The translations under genes were made by a program, and so were the position numbers. The notes under the pieces were generated by a model, which was not told where the DNA came from, did no database searches, and saw only the letters and a program-made list of their open reading frames with translations. 64,000 nt of DNA from an uncultured Chthonomonadaceae bacterium (GTDB lineage: Bacteria > Armatimonadota > Chthonomonadetes > Chthonomonadales > Chthonomonadaceae): positions 224,001-288,000 of the forward strand of contig CAWFQB010000003.1 of NCBI GenBank assembly GCA_963817895.1, read 5' to 3'. Position 1 is the first letter of the stretch, and the number at the start of each line of letters is the position of its first letter. Shown here in pieces: positions 1-10,501 of the stretch.

Positions 1-1
1 A

Positions 2-301
2 TTAACCGCGCTCGTTCTCTATGCGGCAGGCCGGAAGAACAAGCTGACGGTTTACGGCAGGAATTCCGTGCTGCAATATTTCGGCAGGGTTTCCTACAGC
101 CTGTACCTTGTGCATTTAACGGTTGTTTCAGTTGTGCTGCGGGCGGGATATAAACTAACAGGAAATAATGCGTTGGCTGCGGTGTTCTGGTTTGCGCTTG
201 CCGCCGCGTTGAGCATTGCCTGCGGACATTTGCTGCATAAATTTCTCGAAGCGCCAGGTATGCGGTTCGCGACAGGGCTGAAGCGGCAAGCTGTGGCTTG
301 A
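2..301 (+). CDS. Acyltransferase-3 (OafA/YrhL-like), C-terminal part, truncated by window edge
   Basis: Frame is open from position 2. Contains the AT3 C-terminal motifs FGRVSYSLYLVH and HKFLEAP within hydrophobic helices. Confidence 0.85.
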   Translation, partial: LTALVLYAAGRKNKLTVYGRNSVLQYFGRVSYSLYLVHLTVVSVVLRAGYKLTGNNALAAVFWFALAAALSIACGHLLHKFLEAPGMRFATGLKRQAVA

Positions 302-432
302 TTACGTTAAAAGTTCTTTCTATCGGTACTAGGGTTTGTGGGCAGCGCGTTCGACTTCGAGCGCATGGAGCGGAGGTTTGCCGATGTCGATCTGAAGCTT
401 CCGCTGCGGACCGAGAAAGCGCCAAACAAGGT

Positions 433-1533
433 ATGCCGCAACGCTTGGAGTATATTGACAGCGTACGCGCGTTGGCTGCTCTATGGGTTGCCACATCACA
501 TTACCTGGCAAGGCCTGACACCCTGATGTGGCCCGGACTGCGAAACGTCCTGTTCAAGATATTGTATTTCAATCATGTCGCGGTCATGATTTTCCTTGTT
601 GTCAGTGGGTTCTGTTTGTATTACCCACTCTGCTTGAAATCACCTTCAGACCCTCGCATGCGCGTGAGTTATAGCGAGTTTATGAAGAAGCGGGCAATGC
701 GTATCTTCCCGCCTTATCTTGTGGCTATCGGTCTGAGTCTTGTGTTGACGCTATTTATGCCAGGTATGGAGTTATTAAGCAGAACTCCCGATGGACAACA
801 CCCTCTTCCTGTCAGTTGGGCGGGGATCATCAGCCATCTGTTTCTGGTACATAATCTTAGTCCTGCATGGTTTGCTGCCATTAACTACCCTGTTTGGACG
901 ATTGGTTTGGAGTGGCAGCTTTATTTGTTGTTTCCGCTGATCGTATTTTTGTTTCGTAAATCTATGCCTGGCGTGTTGGCCGCCTCGTTTGCTGTTGCCT
1001 TCTTGATTTATGTTGTTACGCGAAAATCAAGCCATATCTGGACATTTGCGTTGTACAATGGGCCTTTGTATTACATTTTTGTTTTTTCGGCTGGCATGTG
1101 CGCGGCCAGGGTAATCGCTGAACGCAATTTTCCACTTTCTATGGCGGCAAACAAATTTTTGCGCTGGATATTGTGGTTCGTCTGTATAGCAGCCGTCATC
1201 GTGGTTTACAGAGGCAGTGGTGGCAGCCTCGGTCGAAATTGTTCAAGCGCCGTCGGCAGCGCCTGTCTTCTTATACTGGCTGCGGACTCTTCATCATGGC
1301 TGCACCGTCTGTTGAGCCACCGATACCTGAGTCGTCTCGGCGCTTTTTCATACAGCTTTTATTTGATTCATGCGCCGGTTCTCACCCTGGTAAATGCAAT
1401 CTTTAGCAGCCTGCATCTAAAGCCTGACACGTCTTTTATGGGATTTTTCATCGTTGGGCTGCCGACGTTGATACTAACTTCCTATTGTTTTCATTTGGCC
1501 TTTGAGAAACCCTTCATGTCGAAAAATCGTTGA
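433..1533 (+). CDS. Acyltransferase-3 family O-acyltransferase
   Basis: RLEYIDSVRALAA, FLVVSGF, RAMRIFPPY, WTIGLEWQLY, GAFSYSFYLIH, FEKPF. Start placed at ATG 433, where the family motif begins. Confidence 0.9.
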   Translation: MPQRLEYIDSVRALAALWVATSHYLARPDTLMWPGLRNVLFKILYFNHVAVMIFLVVSGFCLYYPLCLKSPSDPRMRVSYSEFMKKRAMRIFPPYLVAIGLSLVLTLFMPGMELLSRTPDGQHPLPVSWAGIISHLFLVHNLSPAWFAAINYPVWTIGLEWQLYLLFPLIVFLFRKSMPGVLAASFAVAFLIYVVTRKSSHIWTFALYNGPLYYIFVFSAGMCAARVIAERNFPLSMAANKFLRWILWFVCIAAVIVVYRGSGGSLGRNCSSAVGSACLLILAADSSSWLHRLLSHRYLSRLGAFSYSFYLIHAPVLTLVNAIFSSLHLKPDTSFMGFFIVGLPTLILTSYCFHLAFEKPFMSKNR

Positions 1534-1611
1534 TAGGTCACTGCGGGAGCCATGGCCCACCCCGCATTGTAGCCCGAAAGTAACGTAGATTGGAAGTAAG
1601 GAAGTGGGTGT

Positions 1612-2916
1612 ATGTCCTCGAATGATATTGCCGTGTCAGTCCGCGGCCTGAGCAAATCCTATACCATCGCTCACAATGCGGAAAAGCATACCCGCCTTAC
1701 AGAAGCTATCATGCACCGCCTGAAGCATCCGATACAGCGGCAGGAGAAAGAGACGTTCTGGGCGCTCAAAGATGTAGAGTTCAACATCAAGAAGGGCAAT
1801 GTGGTCGGCATTATCGGGCGTAACGGCGCGGGTAAATCCACGCTGCTCAAAATCCTGAGCCGTATCACGGAGCCAACAACGGGAAGCATTGCCCTGTACG
1901 GGCGCGTGGGTAGCCTGCTGGAAGTGGGCACGGGCTTTCACCCTGAACTGACAGGCCGCGAGAACATTTTTCTCAACGGCGCAATTTTGGGGATGAGCAA
2001 GAGTGAAATAGCCCGCCATTTTGATGCGATTGTTAATTTTGCGGAAATTGAGAACTTTTTGGATACGCCGGTAAAGCGGTATTCGAGCGGCATGTATGTC
2101 CGGCTTGCCTTTGCGGTCGCAGCTCATCTAAACCCGGAAATTCTTGTTGTGGATGAGGTACTGGCTGTTGGAGATGCACAGTTTCAGAAGAAGTGTCTGG
2201 GGAAAATGGAGGAGGTAGGCGCGAGCGGACGCACGGTGCTTTTTGTCTCACACTCGATGCCAATGGTCTTGCGCTTATGTTCTCAAGCTATACTTCTGGA
2301 AAGTGGTCGCTTCTCTCTGCAAGGCAGCCCGCATGAGGTTGCGGCGCACTATATCTCGGCAGGTGGAACGCGTTCCGAAGCTGTTTACACCAGCCAATCG
2401 AAGTTGCCCGGCGATGAGGTAGCCTGCTTGCAGTCTGTACGGGTTTATGACAGCTCAGGACAGGTCGGAGATACGTTTGATGTCCGACAGTCTGTGTTCG
2501 TGGAAGTAATCTACAAAAATTTACAGTCCGAATTACGGCCGACGGTCGTTTTGCGGTTTACAAACGAAACAGGTGTCTGTCTGTTTCTGACTACAGATTA
2601 CAACAATCTTGTCTGGTGGAACACACCACGCCGCCCCGGTTCAGTCAAATCTATCTGCTGCATCCCTGGAAATTTTCTTGCAGAGGGGCAGGTATTTGTT
2701 CAAGTAGAAATTGGAACCCACAATCCCACCAGAATTCATGTCAAGGTCCAAGACGCCATCTCCTTTCAAGTGGTTGATCATAGCAATGGAGATGGCGTTC
2801 GTGGAGAATATGTCGGAGAATGGCCCGGGGTAGTTCGCCCCATGTTGAAATGGCAAGTGTCATTGCAGGACGAGGTACAGGCCACTAACGGAGAATTGAC
2901 GCACTATGGAAAATAG
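1612..2916 (+). CDS. wzt: Polysaccharide ABC transporter ATP-binding protein with C-terminal Wzt_C-like domain
   Basis: FWALKDV, Walker A GRNGAGKST, YSSGMYVRLAF signature, ILVVDEVLAVGD, and a C-terminal extension of about 180 aa. Confidence 0.93.
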   Translation: MSSNDIAVSVRGLSKSYTIAHNAEKHTRLTEAIMHRLKHPIQRQEKETFWALKDVEFNIKKGNVVGIIGRNGAGKSTLLKILSRITEPTTGSIALYGRVGSLLEVGTGFHPELTGRENIFLNGAILGMSKSEIARHFDAIVNFAEIENFLDTPVKRYSSGMYVRLAFAVAAHLNPEILVVDEVLAVGDAQFQKKCLGKMEEVGASGRTVLFVSHSMPMVLRLCSQAILLESGRFSLQGSPHEVAAHYISAGGTRSEAVYTSQSKLPGDEVACLQSVRVYDSSGQVGDTFDVRQSVFVEVIYKNLQSELRPTVVLRFTNETGVCLFLTTDYNNLVWWNTPRRPGSVKSICCIPGNFLAEGQVFVQVEIGTHNPTRIHVKVQDAISFQVVDHSNGDGVRGEYVGEWPGVVRPMLKWQVSLQDEVQATNGELTHYGK

Positions 2917-3715
2917 CCGTGAATTATATCTTGATCTTATGAAGCGTTGCTTGACGAACGCGATTTACGGCGAAGACGAGTACGCCACTGTGGAGCCGAC
3001 AGGCGCACTGAAGCGAACGCTTGCTAATACGCTGCAAACTCGTGGCGTAAGTTTAATGCGTCCCAAGCCATACAACCCCCAGTTGCGTACTGAGGGACGC
3101 GATTGGCCTCCTTACGCGCATACAATGATCGGTCACAAGCGATTGGATAACATCCAGTATTGTATTGAGCAGGCGCTTAAGGAGGGTGTTTCGGGCGACA
3201 TGATTGAAACCGGTGTCTGGCGGGGCGGCGGCTCAATTTTCATGCGCGCGGTCTTAAAAGCCTACGCTGTTTCGGATCGAATGATCTGGGTAGCTGACTC
3301 CTTTGAGGGCTTGCCAAAGCCTAACGAAAAGGAGTACCCCAGTGACGATGGGGACATTCATCATACTTACAAAGAACTTGTCGTTCCTATTGAGCGCGTT
3401 CAAGCCAATTTTGCCAAATATGGATTATTGGATGAGCAAGTGCGTTTTCTCAAAGGCTGGTTCTGCGAAACGCTGCCCACGGCTCCCATTAGCCAACTGG
3501 CAGTTATGCGACTGGATGGAGACATGTATGCCTCGACAATGGACGCGCTCATCAGCCTTTATGACAAACTATCTGTTGGAGGCTTTGTAATTGTGGATGA
3601 CTGGTCGCTGGCTCCTTGCCGTCAGGCGGTGCATGATTTCCGAGCAAAACATAGTATTACGGATGAGATCGTCGAAATAGACTGGACAGGCGTGTACTGG
3701 CGCAGGAGTCGCTGA
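2906..3715 (+). CDS. TylF/MycF/NovP-family sugar O-methyltransferase
   Basis: HTMIG..RLDN, ETGVWRGG, DSFEGLP, KGWFCETLP, RLDGDMYAST, IVDDW. Confidence 0.92.
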   Translation: MENSRELYLDLMKRCLTNAIYGEDEYATVEPTGALKRTLANTLQTRGVSLMRPKPYNPQLRTEGRDWPPYAHTMIGHKRLDNIQYCIEQALKEGVSGDMIETGVWRGGGSIFMRAVLKAYAVSDRMIWVADSFEGLPKPNEKEYPSDDGDIHHTYKELVVPIERVQANFAKYGLLDEQVRFLKGWFCETLPTAPISQLAVMRLDGDMYASTMDALISLYDKLSVGGFVIVDDWSLAPCRQAVHDFRAKHSITDEIVEIDWTGVYWRRSR

Positions 3716-3758
3716 TCAAGTCAACGACTGTCTCACCTGACTGGAGACCAAGCGGAAT

Positions 3759-4526
3759 ATGTCTAAAACGACGATATCTGATGATTTGGCGCGTGGACTA
3801 CTCACACAAACGTTAGATCCCTTGCGCTATAGTGGACATTCCCATGATCGCTATGGCGGTCAGACTAACGACCCGTATGAGTCCACAGGGATTATTCTGA
3901 ATATGGTGCCAACGGGTTCGCGGGTTCTTGATGTAGGATGTGGAACAGGAAGTGTCCTCGCATGGATCGAGGATCAATGCAAGGCTCAGGTCATCGGTCT
4001 GGAACCACATCCGGAGCGCGCTCAAAAAGCCAGGGAGCGAGGCCTGAACGTTCTTACTGCCGGCCTCTCTGATGACATCGTGGCGGATCTGGGTTTGTTC
4101 GATGTTGTGGTATTCGCAGACGTGCTGGAACACCTTCCCAATCCATTTTCTCTGTTGGAAGCAGCGCATAAATTCTTGCATAAAACGGGGCGCATCATCG
4201 TTTCCGTACCCAATGTCGCCCACTGGACAGTTCGGGGCCAATTATTGCGTGGAAACTTTGATTATAAAGAGACTGGCATTATGGATGCGACACATCTGCG
4301 GTGGTTCACAGCACAGACAATACAGCAGCTCATTGAGCAGGCTGGTTATAACATCCAGCAACAGACCGTATCCGCTGGAACATGGCTTCCTGTGTACTAC
4401 GCAAAGCGTCCATTTAGGTGGTTATCTGACACCCGCAGAAAGAAGTTCATCGTCAATGCCGCTCACAAATGGCCTACTCTGTTCGGGTGTCAGCATATTA
4501 TACAAGCTACGCGATCTTTGTCGTAA
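3759..4526 (+). CDS. Class I SAM-dependent methyltransferase
   Basis: VLDVGCGTG, FADVLEHL, SVPNVAHW, GIMDATHLRWFT. Confidence 0.88.
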   Translation: MSKTTISDDLARGLLTQTLDPLRYSGHSHDRYGGQTNDPYESTGIILNMVPTGSRVLDVGCGTGSVLAWIEDQCKAQVIGLEPHPERAQKARERGLNVLTAGLSDDIVADLGLFDVVVFADVLEHLPNPFSLLEAAHKFLHKTGRIIVSVPNVAHWTVRGQLLRGNFDYKETGIMDATHLRWFTAQTIQQLIEQAGYNIQQQTVSAGTWLPVYYAKRPFRWLSDTRRKKFIVNAAHKWPTLFGCQHIIQATRSLS

Positions 4527-4641
4527 GCCGAATGGTTGCCTTTGCAAACAGGGCATGGATAAGAACACAACGTATCGTGTCCTGAGCGTGTTACGTTGTT
4601 TTTGCGGTTCCTGAAGTTAGGAAGCGCCCCAGGAGCAAACT

Positions 4642-5367
4642 ATGATTCCAGTAGCTGCAAAAAATGCTGTATTGAAGGAACTGCTGGACACAAGGACTTC
4701 TTACTCTACAACTGGCAATCAAGTAGAAATGCACTCCTATTTGATACCTGAATATACTGAGGCTCTGTACCAAACCGTTCTGCAAGCGAATCCAAAATTA
4801 GTTGTGGAAGTGGGCATGGCGTTCGGCATTTCTTCCCTTGCCATTCTGACGGCGCTTGAAGAATGTGGTGGGGAAGGACGCTTGATTTCCATTGATCCCT
4901 ATCAGTTGACGGACTGGCAGGGATGCGGCGTAACTTCCCTGCGGCGAGCGGGGCTACAGGACAGGCATGAACTCATTGCGAAGTTTGATTACATTGCGCT
5001 TCCTCAATTGCTGGAGCAGGAAACGCGAATTGATTTTGCCTACATTGACGGCTGGCATACCTTCGATTACACACTGTTAGACTTTTGGTATTTTGACAAG
5101 ATGCTTCCGGCAGGAGCAATGGTAGCCTTCAATGATTGTAGTTACAAGGCGGTGCAAAGAGTGCTGCGGTTTGTGCAAACCCATCGCAAATATGAAGAAG
5201 TGGATGTCGGACTCGCGCCATTTCACGTTGGGCGCTCCCGGAAACAAGAGGTAAAGCGGCGCCTTATGGGGCAGTCGCTTACAGCATACTATGATCTGGG
5301 ACAAGACCGTTATTTCCGCAAAACCGAAGAATGGGAGCCTGCCTGGGATTTTTACGCCGAGTTTTAG
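4642..5367 (+). CDS. Class I SAM-dependent methyltransferase (Methyltransf_24-like)
   Basis: VEVGMAFGISS, SIDP, FAYIDGWHTFD. Confidence 0.85.
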   Translation: MIPVAAKNAVLKELLDTRTSYSTTGNQVEMHSYLIPEYTEALYQTVLQANPKLVVEVGMAFGISSLAILTALEECGGEGRLISIDPYQLTDWQGCGVTSLRRAGLQDRHELIAKFDYIALPQLLEQETRIDFAYIDGWHTFDYTLLDFWYFDKMLPAGAMVAFNDCSYKAVQRVLRFVQTHRKYEEVDVGLAPFHVGRSRKQEVKRRLMGQSLTAYYDLGQDRYFRKTEEWEPAWDFYAEF

Positions 5368-5454
5368 CGGGGTTGCTTTCGCCGCCGCAGGGCAAGGCGC
5401 AACCAAGCGCAGCAATTTGCTGACTTGTAAGCGGTAGGCAGGGGGCCGTCGTAA

Positions 5455-6378
5455 ATGAATTCGCCTATGTGCCAGGTCAGCGTCATCATACCCACATACA
5501 GGCATCAGGAATATGTGCTGCGAACGTTGGAAGCAGTGTTTGCGCAAACATTTATGGATTACGAGGTAATCGTCATCAACGACGGTTCACCTGATGACAC
5601 GACAGAAGCGCTGCGCCCGTTAATTGAAACGGGCCGTATCCGCTACATTGAGCAACCTAATGCCGGACAAGCCGCCGCTCGCAACAGGGGACTTGTCGAA
5701 GCGCGGGGTAAGTACATCGCCTTTCTCGATGACGATGATTTATGGCTGTCCGACAAGCTACAATGGCAGGTGGAAGCTCTAAACGCGGCTCCCGATGCGG
5801 TTCTCGCGTATGGCTACTGGCAGGATTTCACGACGGAACCCCTGCCCGATGTGGAAGAGCATCCGTTTTTTCGGCCCACTGGCGACGTACACGCGGAGTT
5901 TACCCGGCGCAACCACCTTATTTCGCCTGGACAGGCGCTGATACGCGCGGATGCTCTCCGGGGCATTGGCGGCTTCGACGAGACGCTGTGGGGCGTGGAC
6001 GATTGGGACTTATATATTCGCCTGTCTGCTTGCGGCGAATTCGTATATCATAAGCGACTGGCGCTGTACTATCGCAATCACGCTGCCAACGCTTCCAAAG
6101 ACAGTTGGCGCATGTACGGCAATGCGCGGCGTATGTGGCGCAAGCATTTCGGCATGCTTCCCGCGCCCGCTCAGATGCGTAATTGGTGGCAGATGCGGCG
6201 CTCTATCAATGAAATGTACTTCGATGGTTGCGCGGCGATGGCGCAGCGGCTGATGGCGGAAGGAAAGCGGCAGCAGGCGTGGCAGATATGGCGGGCCATT
6301 TTGACAACCCGCCCCGGCGCATTGCGGCGTTCCAACGTGCGCCGCAGCGTGACGCGCTGCTTTCTGTCACACGGTTGA
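5455..6378 (+). CDS. Glycosyltransferase family 2
   Basis: VSVIIPTY, INDGSPD, ARNRG, FLDDDD, DDWDLYIR. Confidence 0.92.
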   Translation: MNSPMCQVSVIIPTYRHQEYVLRTLEAVFAQTFMDYEVIVINDGSPDDTTEALRPLIETGRIRYIEQPNAGQAAARNRGLVEARGKYIAFLDDDDLWLSDKLQWQVEALNAAPDAVLAYGYWQDFTTEPLPDVEEHPFFRPTGDVHAEFTRRNHLISPGQALIRADALRGIGGFDETLWGVDDWDLYIRLSACGEFVYHKRLALYYRNHAANASKDSWRMYGNARRMWRKHFGMLPAPAQMRNWWQMRRSINEMYFDGCAAMAQRLMAEGKRQQAWQIWRAILTTRPGALRRSNVRRSVTRCFLSHG

Positions 6379-6544
6379 ATTCTGCATTTGAGGCGCTGCC
6401 ACATACCGCAAAACTATGTGTCGGCAAGTTAGAAGGCAAATAGATCGCTTTCATAAGTTTGTTGCGTGAAATAAGCCTCGCTTCGCTTGCAAGGGCTTAT
6501 GAAAGAGGTCTCATGTTAAAACAGGTTGTCCGGGGAAGACTAAG

Positions 6545-7285
6545 TTGAAACACCATCTATCCGCATTACTCAAGCGCACTGTGCTGGGAAAAGCGATGCT
6601 GGATTATCTGCCACATAAGTGTGATCTTTACAACGGCCAATCTGTCCTCCTGCCCTGGCGATCTTACCGGATGTTTTACGAATGGAAGCGCTATCCCCAC
6701 CTGGCAAAAGAGTCCCGGGAAGCGTTCGACGCTTACAATGGCGGCGACCTCCTTGACATTGGAGCGTTTCATGGCTGGTACTCCTGGCTGCTTGCGCCCA
6801 AAGCGCGCGATGGGGATATACTCGCGTCCTTCGAGCCGGACCAAAAGGCGTATCCATCATTGATGTTCAATCTGTCTTTTCTGGCACAGCAGTTTCCTGA
6901 ATTGCGGATTTTACCGTCGTCTCTCCCCGTAGGTAATGGCGCGGGCATCGAAGTGTCCTTTCCGTATGGTCCGACCGGGCATCCCCGATTTTCCTGCGCG
7001 GCAGGAGGAGACGGCGGGACATTGCGGATGGATGATTTTGTAGAAAACAATGCGTTAGCCCCGAAGTTCGTGAAAATTGATGTAGAAGGCGCAGAGTTTT
7101 TTGTTTTGGAAGGAATGCGCCAAACGCTGGAACGTCATCATCCACAAATTATGCTGGAAACACACCCGCAATGGCAGCCGGACGGCATCAAGGTGGAACA
7201 TATCCATACCCTCCTGACTGGTTACGGGTATACGAGCAGCGACCTGGATGTTTCCGAGATTGCAATACGTCAACTCTGGAAGTGA
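6545..7285 (+). CDS. FkbM-family methyltransferase
   Basis: LDIGAFHG, SFEP, FVKIDVEGAE. Start uncertain (TTG 6545 or a later ATG). Confidence 0.85.
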   Translation: MKHHLSALLKRTVLGKAMLDYLPHKCDLYNGQSVLLPWRSYRMFYEWKRYPHLAKESREAFDAYNGGDLLDIGAFHGWYSWLLAPKARDGDILASFEPDQKAYPSLMFNLSFLAQQFPELRILPSSLPVGNGAGIEVSFPYGPTGHPRFSCAAGGDGGTLRMDDFVENNALAPKFVKIDVEGAEFFVLEGMRQTLERHHPQIMLETHPQWQPDGIKVEHIHTLLTGYGYTSSDLDVSEIAIRQLWK

Positions 7286-7306
7286 AGAAACAAGAGGCAA
7301 TCTCTG

Positions 7307-8254
7307 GTGAAACCAAACGTTTCCATTATCATTTGTACGCGCAATCGCGCCGCCGATCTGCGCAAAACGCTACAAGACTTTGCGCAACTGGATGTGTCGG
7401 AAACGCTGTATTCTGAGCTGATTGTGGTTGACAACGCTTCTACAGATGACACGAAACAGGTAGCCTGCGCATCAGACCTGCGGAATATGCCGGTACGCTG
7501 GATTTATGAAGCGCGTCCGGGGAAAAGTTACGCGCTCAACACGGGCCTGATGGCGGCTCAGGGCAATGTCATCTTGTTCACGGATGATGACGTGCGCCCG
7601 CCACAGGACTGGATCGCCGGAATGTGCCGGCCCTTTATTTCCAATGAGGCGCAGGTTGTTGCCGGACGCATAGAAATTGCGCCGCATCTTCAGCGCGCGT
7701 GGATGAAGTCAATTCACCGCATGTGGCTTGCCTCGACAGAACTTGACGCGAGTCAGCCTCAGCCTCTTACCGCAGGGGCTAATCTGGGCTTCTTGCGAGA
7801 GGTCTTGAGCAAGGTTCCAGCCTTCGATACGGAACTTGGCCCCGGCGCGCTCGGTTTCGGAGAAGAGGTTTTGTTTCAAAGACAATTACATCAGTGCGGC
7901 TATCATGCTGTCGCGTTGCCGCATGTCGCTGTCGAACACCATTTTCATCCAGACCGACTTGGCAGGCGCAGTTTTCTTAGCGCAGCCGCCAAACATGGCC
8001 GAACCGCCGCGTATATCGCGTATCACTGGGAGCATCATCCGGTCGCCAATCCGCGCCTTCAGGCTTTGAAGTGCCGTCTACGGGTACACAGCAATCGCCT
8101 GAAATACCGGCGCGAGTGTCGAGAGTCCGAGGGGATGCCTGAATGGGAGATGCTCAAATTACAGGGCGCGTCTTTCTATCAGCATTTTTATGAGGAAAGC
8201 AAGCGCCCGCGCAATTACGAGAAGTTCGGCCTGGTGAAGCGGATATATGCCTGA
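7307..8254 (+). CDS. Glycosyltransferase family 2
   Basis: VSIIICTRNR, VVDNASTD, FTDDD, GANLGF, FGEE. Confidence 0.9.
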   Translation: MKPNVSIIICTRNRAADLRKTLQDFAQLDVSETLYSELIVVDNASTDDTKQVACASDLRNMPVRWIYEARPGKSYALNTGLMAAQGNVILFTDDDVRPPQDWIAGMCRPFISNEAQVVAGRIEIAPHLQRAWMKSIHRMWLASTELDASQPQPLTAGANLGFLREVLSKVPAFDTELGPGALGFGEEVLFQRQLHQCGYHAVALPHVAVEHHFHPDRLGRRSFLSAAAKHGRTAAYIAYHWEHHPVANPRLQALKCRLRVHSNRLKYRRECRESEGMPEWEMLKLQGASFYQHFYEESKRPRNYEKFGLVKRIYA

Positions 8255-8329
8255 CGATCCACCGGGTCAGTCTTCACCGGTTCCCGCCTTCCTGCAATAT
8301 TGTTTTCGCGGAAAAGAAATATCATCCGT

Positions 8330-10471
8330 ATGCCTCAGACAAGCAAAAAACTTTCCCTGCTGTGCTTGCTTTGCGCTGTGGCAATGCTGCTGCTGCTGGC
8401 AAAGCCGCTCCTGTCGGGGCATGTTTATGTGAACGACGATTTCGGGATGTATAACCTGCCGGTACGCCATTTCTATCGGGAAGCGCTGGCGGCGGGCGAC
8501 TCGTTTCTCTGGTTTCCGCGCGTGTTTTGCGGCGCATACCTGCATGGTGAGGGGCAAGTGGGGATGTGCCACCCCGTTCACCTGTTGCTGTATCGCGCGC
8601 TGCCGCTGCAGATAGCCTTCAATCTGGAACTGCTGCTGACGTATGCCTGGATGTTCGGCGGTATGTGTTTGCTGCTCAAACGGCTCGGGTTGCCGCAGCA
8701 TGGCCGGCTGTTCGGCGCTCTGGCTTTTACGTTCAGCGGCTCCAATTTGCTTCATGCGAGCCACATGAATGCCGTTGCCATCATAGCGCATATTCCCTGG
8801 CTGCTGGCAAGTATAGATGTTCTGCTGCAAACCCACGACCGGCGTAAACTGACAGTCGCGCAGTTAAGCATTGCGCTCTTGACAGGTTCCGAATTTTTGC
8901 TCGGGCATCCGCAGTACGCCTGGCTCTCGCTTGTGCTTGAAACAATATTTTTTGTATGGAGGTATAATAAATCCATTGATTTACGCCGCATTTTTCTGAT
9001 TGTCGTGGCGAAGATTACAGGTGGCATGATCGGCGCGATTCAGATTTTGCCAACCCTGGATGTGCTGACCACTTCGGTACGCAGTCAGCCGACGCTGGAA
9101 TATCGCCTGATTGGTTCGCTGCACCCGATTAACTTGATTCAACTGGTTTCGCCGTTCGTGCTGAAGGACCGCGTATTCGGTATGAATACGACGGAATGTG
9201 GCCTGTACACTGGCGTCTTTTGCGTTTTGGCTCCGATCTGGCTGTATCTGCGGCGTGACAGCGTAAAGTCGTGGCGCCCTCTCATCCTTGCGGCAACGGG
9301 GTTGGGCGCGGCGATGTTCCTGCTGGCATTGGGCAAATACGGCGGCGTCTACTACCTGGTTGTGAATTTGCCTGTTGCGCGCGAATTCCGTATACCTGGA
9401 CGCTATCTCCATTTTGTGCATCTCGCCCTGGCGCTTCTGGCAGCCATAGCCTTTTGTGATCTTGTCGAATTCGCGCGGGAGCGGGAGCGGCTGTCGTGGC
9501 GGCAGATATGGCCGCTGACAGTTCCCATGACACTCAGTATCCTTGTTGCCGTAGGCTGCCTGCTGCTTTTTAAGACGCATCGAAATTATCCCTGGATGGA
9601 CAACCTTGCGCCGCCAGGCCATGCTGTATTTGGAGCGTTGCTCATCACGGCCGGCACGGTTTTGCTGCTTGGCGTGGCGCGCGGCTGGCGCATGGGTATT
9701 CCTGCCCTGACAATTTTCCTGTGCCTTGACCTGACCATATGGGGTATCAGCGAACTCTGGAAAATTCCCGATCAGTCCATCCCTGCTTTTGTAAATTCGT
9801 TGCGAGTTCCGCCGGGAGTTACGCCTTCGGGACGGATTTATCTGCCGAGAGGCGTGTATAGCGCGCCAACCGCCGTGACCATGAAGGGGATTTCTAATGC
9901 CACCGGCTACCTGGGCCTGGAACCGGCAAACCGCCTGGACCCGGAGGACGCGGCAACGGAGCAAGTTGCAGGCGTCCAATGGAAGTACGACACACAGCAT
10001 GAGCCGAATTGGATACGCGCCTCATCAGCCTTGCCGCGCGTCCGTCTGGTCACAAACACTCAGGTCAGCGCAAATCCGGCGCAGCACCTTCCCCGGAGCG
10101 ACGTAAGCAACACCGCGCTTGTGGAGGAGGCTACAGAACCCTTGCGCGGACCACCTGGAACCGTCGTCCTTGTAGAAGATCGTCCAGGCCAAATAGTGGC
10201 AGAAACTACCGCTGATAACCCACAATTGCTCGTCCTTTCGGAGCGCTTTCATTCCGGCTGGCAGGCCGCGCAGGAGGGGCAGCCGCTGAATATTCTGCGC
10301 GTGAACGGCGATTTTCAAGGTTGTGTCGTTGGCGCAGGCCAACATCGCGTTACCTTTCATTTCCAGCCCGCCAGTTTTACTTATGGACGAGTATTGTCCC
10401 TGCTCGGCGCGGGTATAGCTCTCTTGATCTTTGCGCTTCTGTCACACTTGCCGCAAAAGCGAACGCCCTGA
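8330..10471 (+). CDS. YfhO-like polytopic membrane protein (putative GT-C glycosyltransferase)
   Basis: Many TM helices, N-terminal loop NDD..YNLP..W.P...G, GHPQ motif, C-terminal LVLSERFHSGWQA...GQHRVTFHFQP plus final TM, as seen in YfhO. Confidence 0.75.
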   Translation: MPQTSKKLSLLCLLCAVAMLLLLAKPLLSGHVYVNDDFGMYNLPVRHFYREALAAGDSFLWFPRVFCGAYLHGEGQVGMCHPVHLLLYRALPLQIAFNLELLLTYAWMFGGMCLLLKRLGLPQHGRLFGALAFTFSGSNLLHASHMNAVAIIAHIPWLLASIDVLLQTHDRRKLTVAQLSIALLTGSEFLLGHPQYAWLSLVLETIFFVWRYNKSIDLRRIFLIVVAKITGGMIGAIQILPTLDVLTTSVRSQPTLEYRLIGSLHPINLIQLVSPFVLKDRVFGMNTTECGLYTGVFCVLAPIWLYLRRDSVKSWRPLILAATGLGAAMFLLALGKYGGVYYLVVNLPVAREFRIPGRYLHFVHLALALLAAIAFCDLVEFARERERLSWRQIWPLTVPMTLSILVAVGCLLLFKTHRNYPWMDNLAPPGHAVFGALLITAGTVLLLGVARGWRMGIPALTIFLCLDLTIWGISELWKIPDQSIPAFVNSLRVPPGVTPSGRIYLPRGVYSAPTAVTMKGISNATGYLGLEPANRLDPEDAATEQVAGVQWKYDTQHEPNWIRASSALPRVRLVTNTQVSANPAQHLPRSDVSNTALVEEATEPLRGPPGTVVLVEDRPGQIVAETTADNPQLLVLSERFHSGWQAAQEGQPLNILRVNGDFQGCVVGAGQHRVTFHFQPASFTYGRVLSLLGAGIALLIFALLSHLPQKRTP

Positions 10472-10501
10472 AGCTGAACGTCAGATTAGAAAAGATGCCT
10501 G

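Noticed and set aside
2906..7285. Antibiotic/polyketide cluster suggested by TylF and FkbM methyltransferases
   Set aside because: No PKS or NRPS genes are present. These families are common in surface-glycan loci and here follow wzt.
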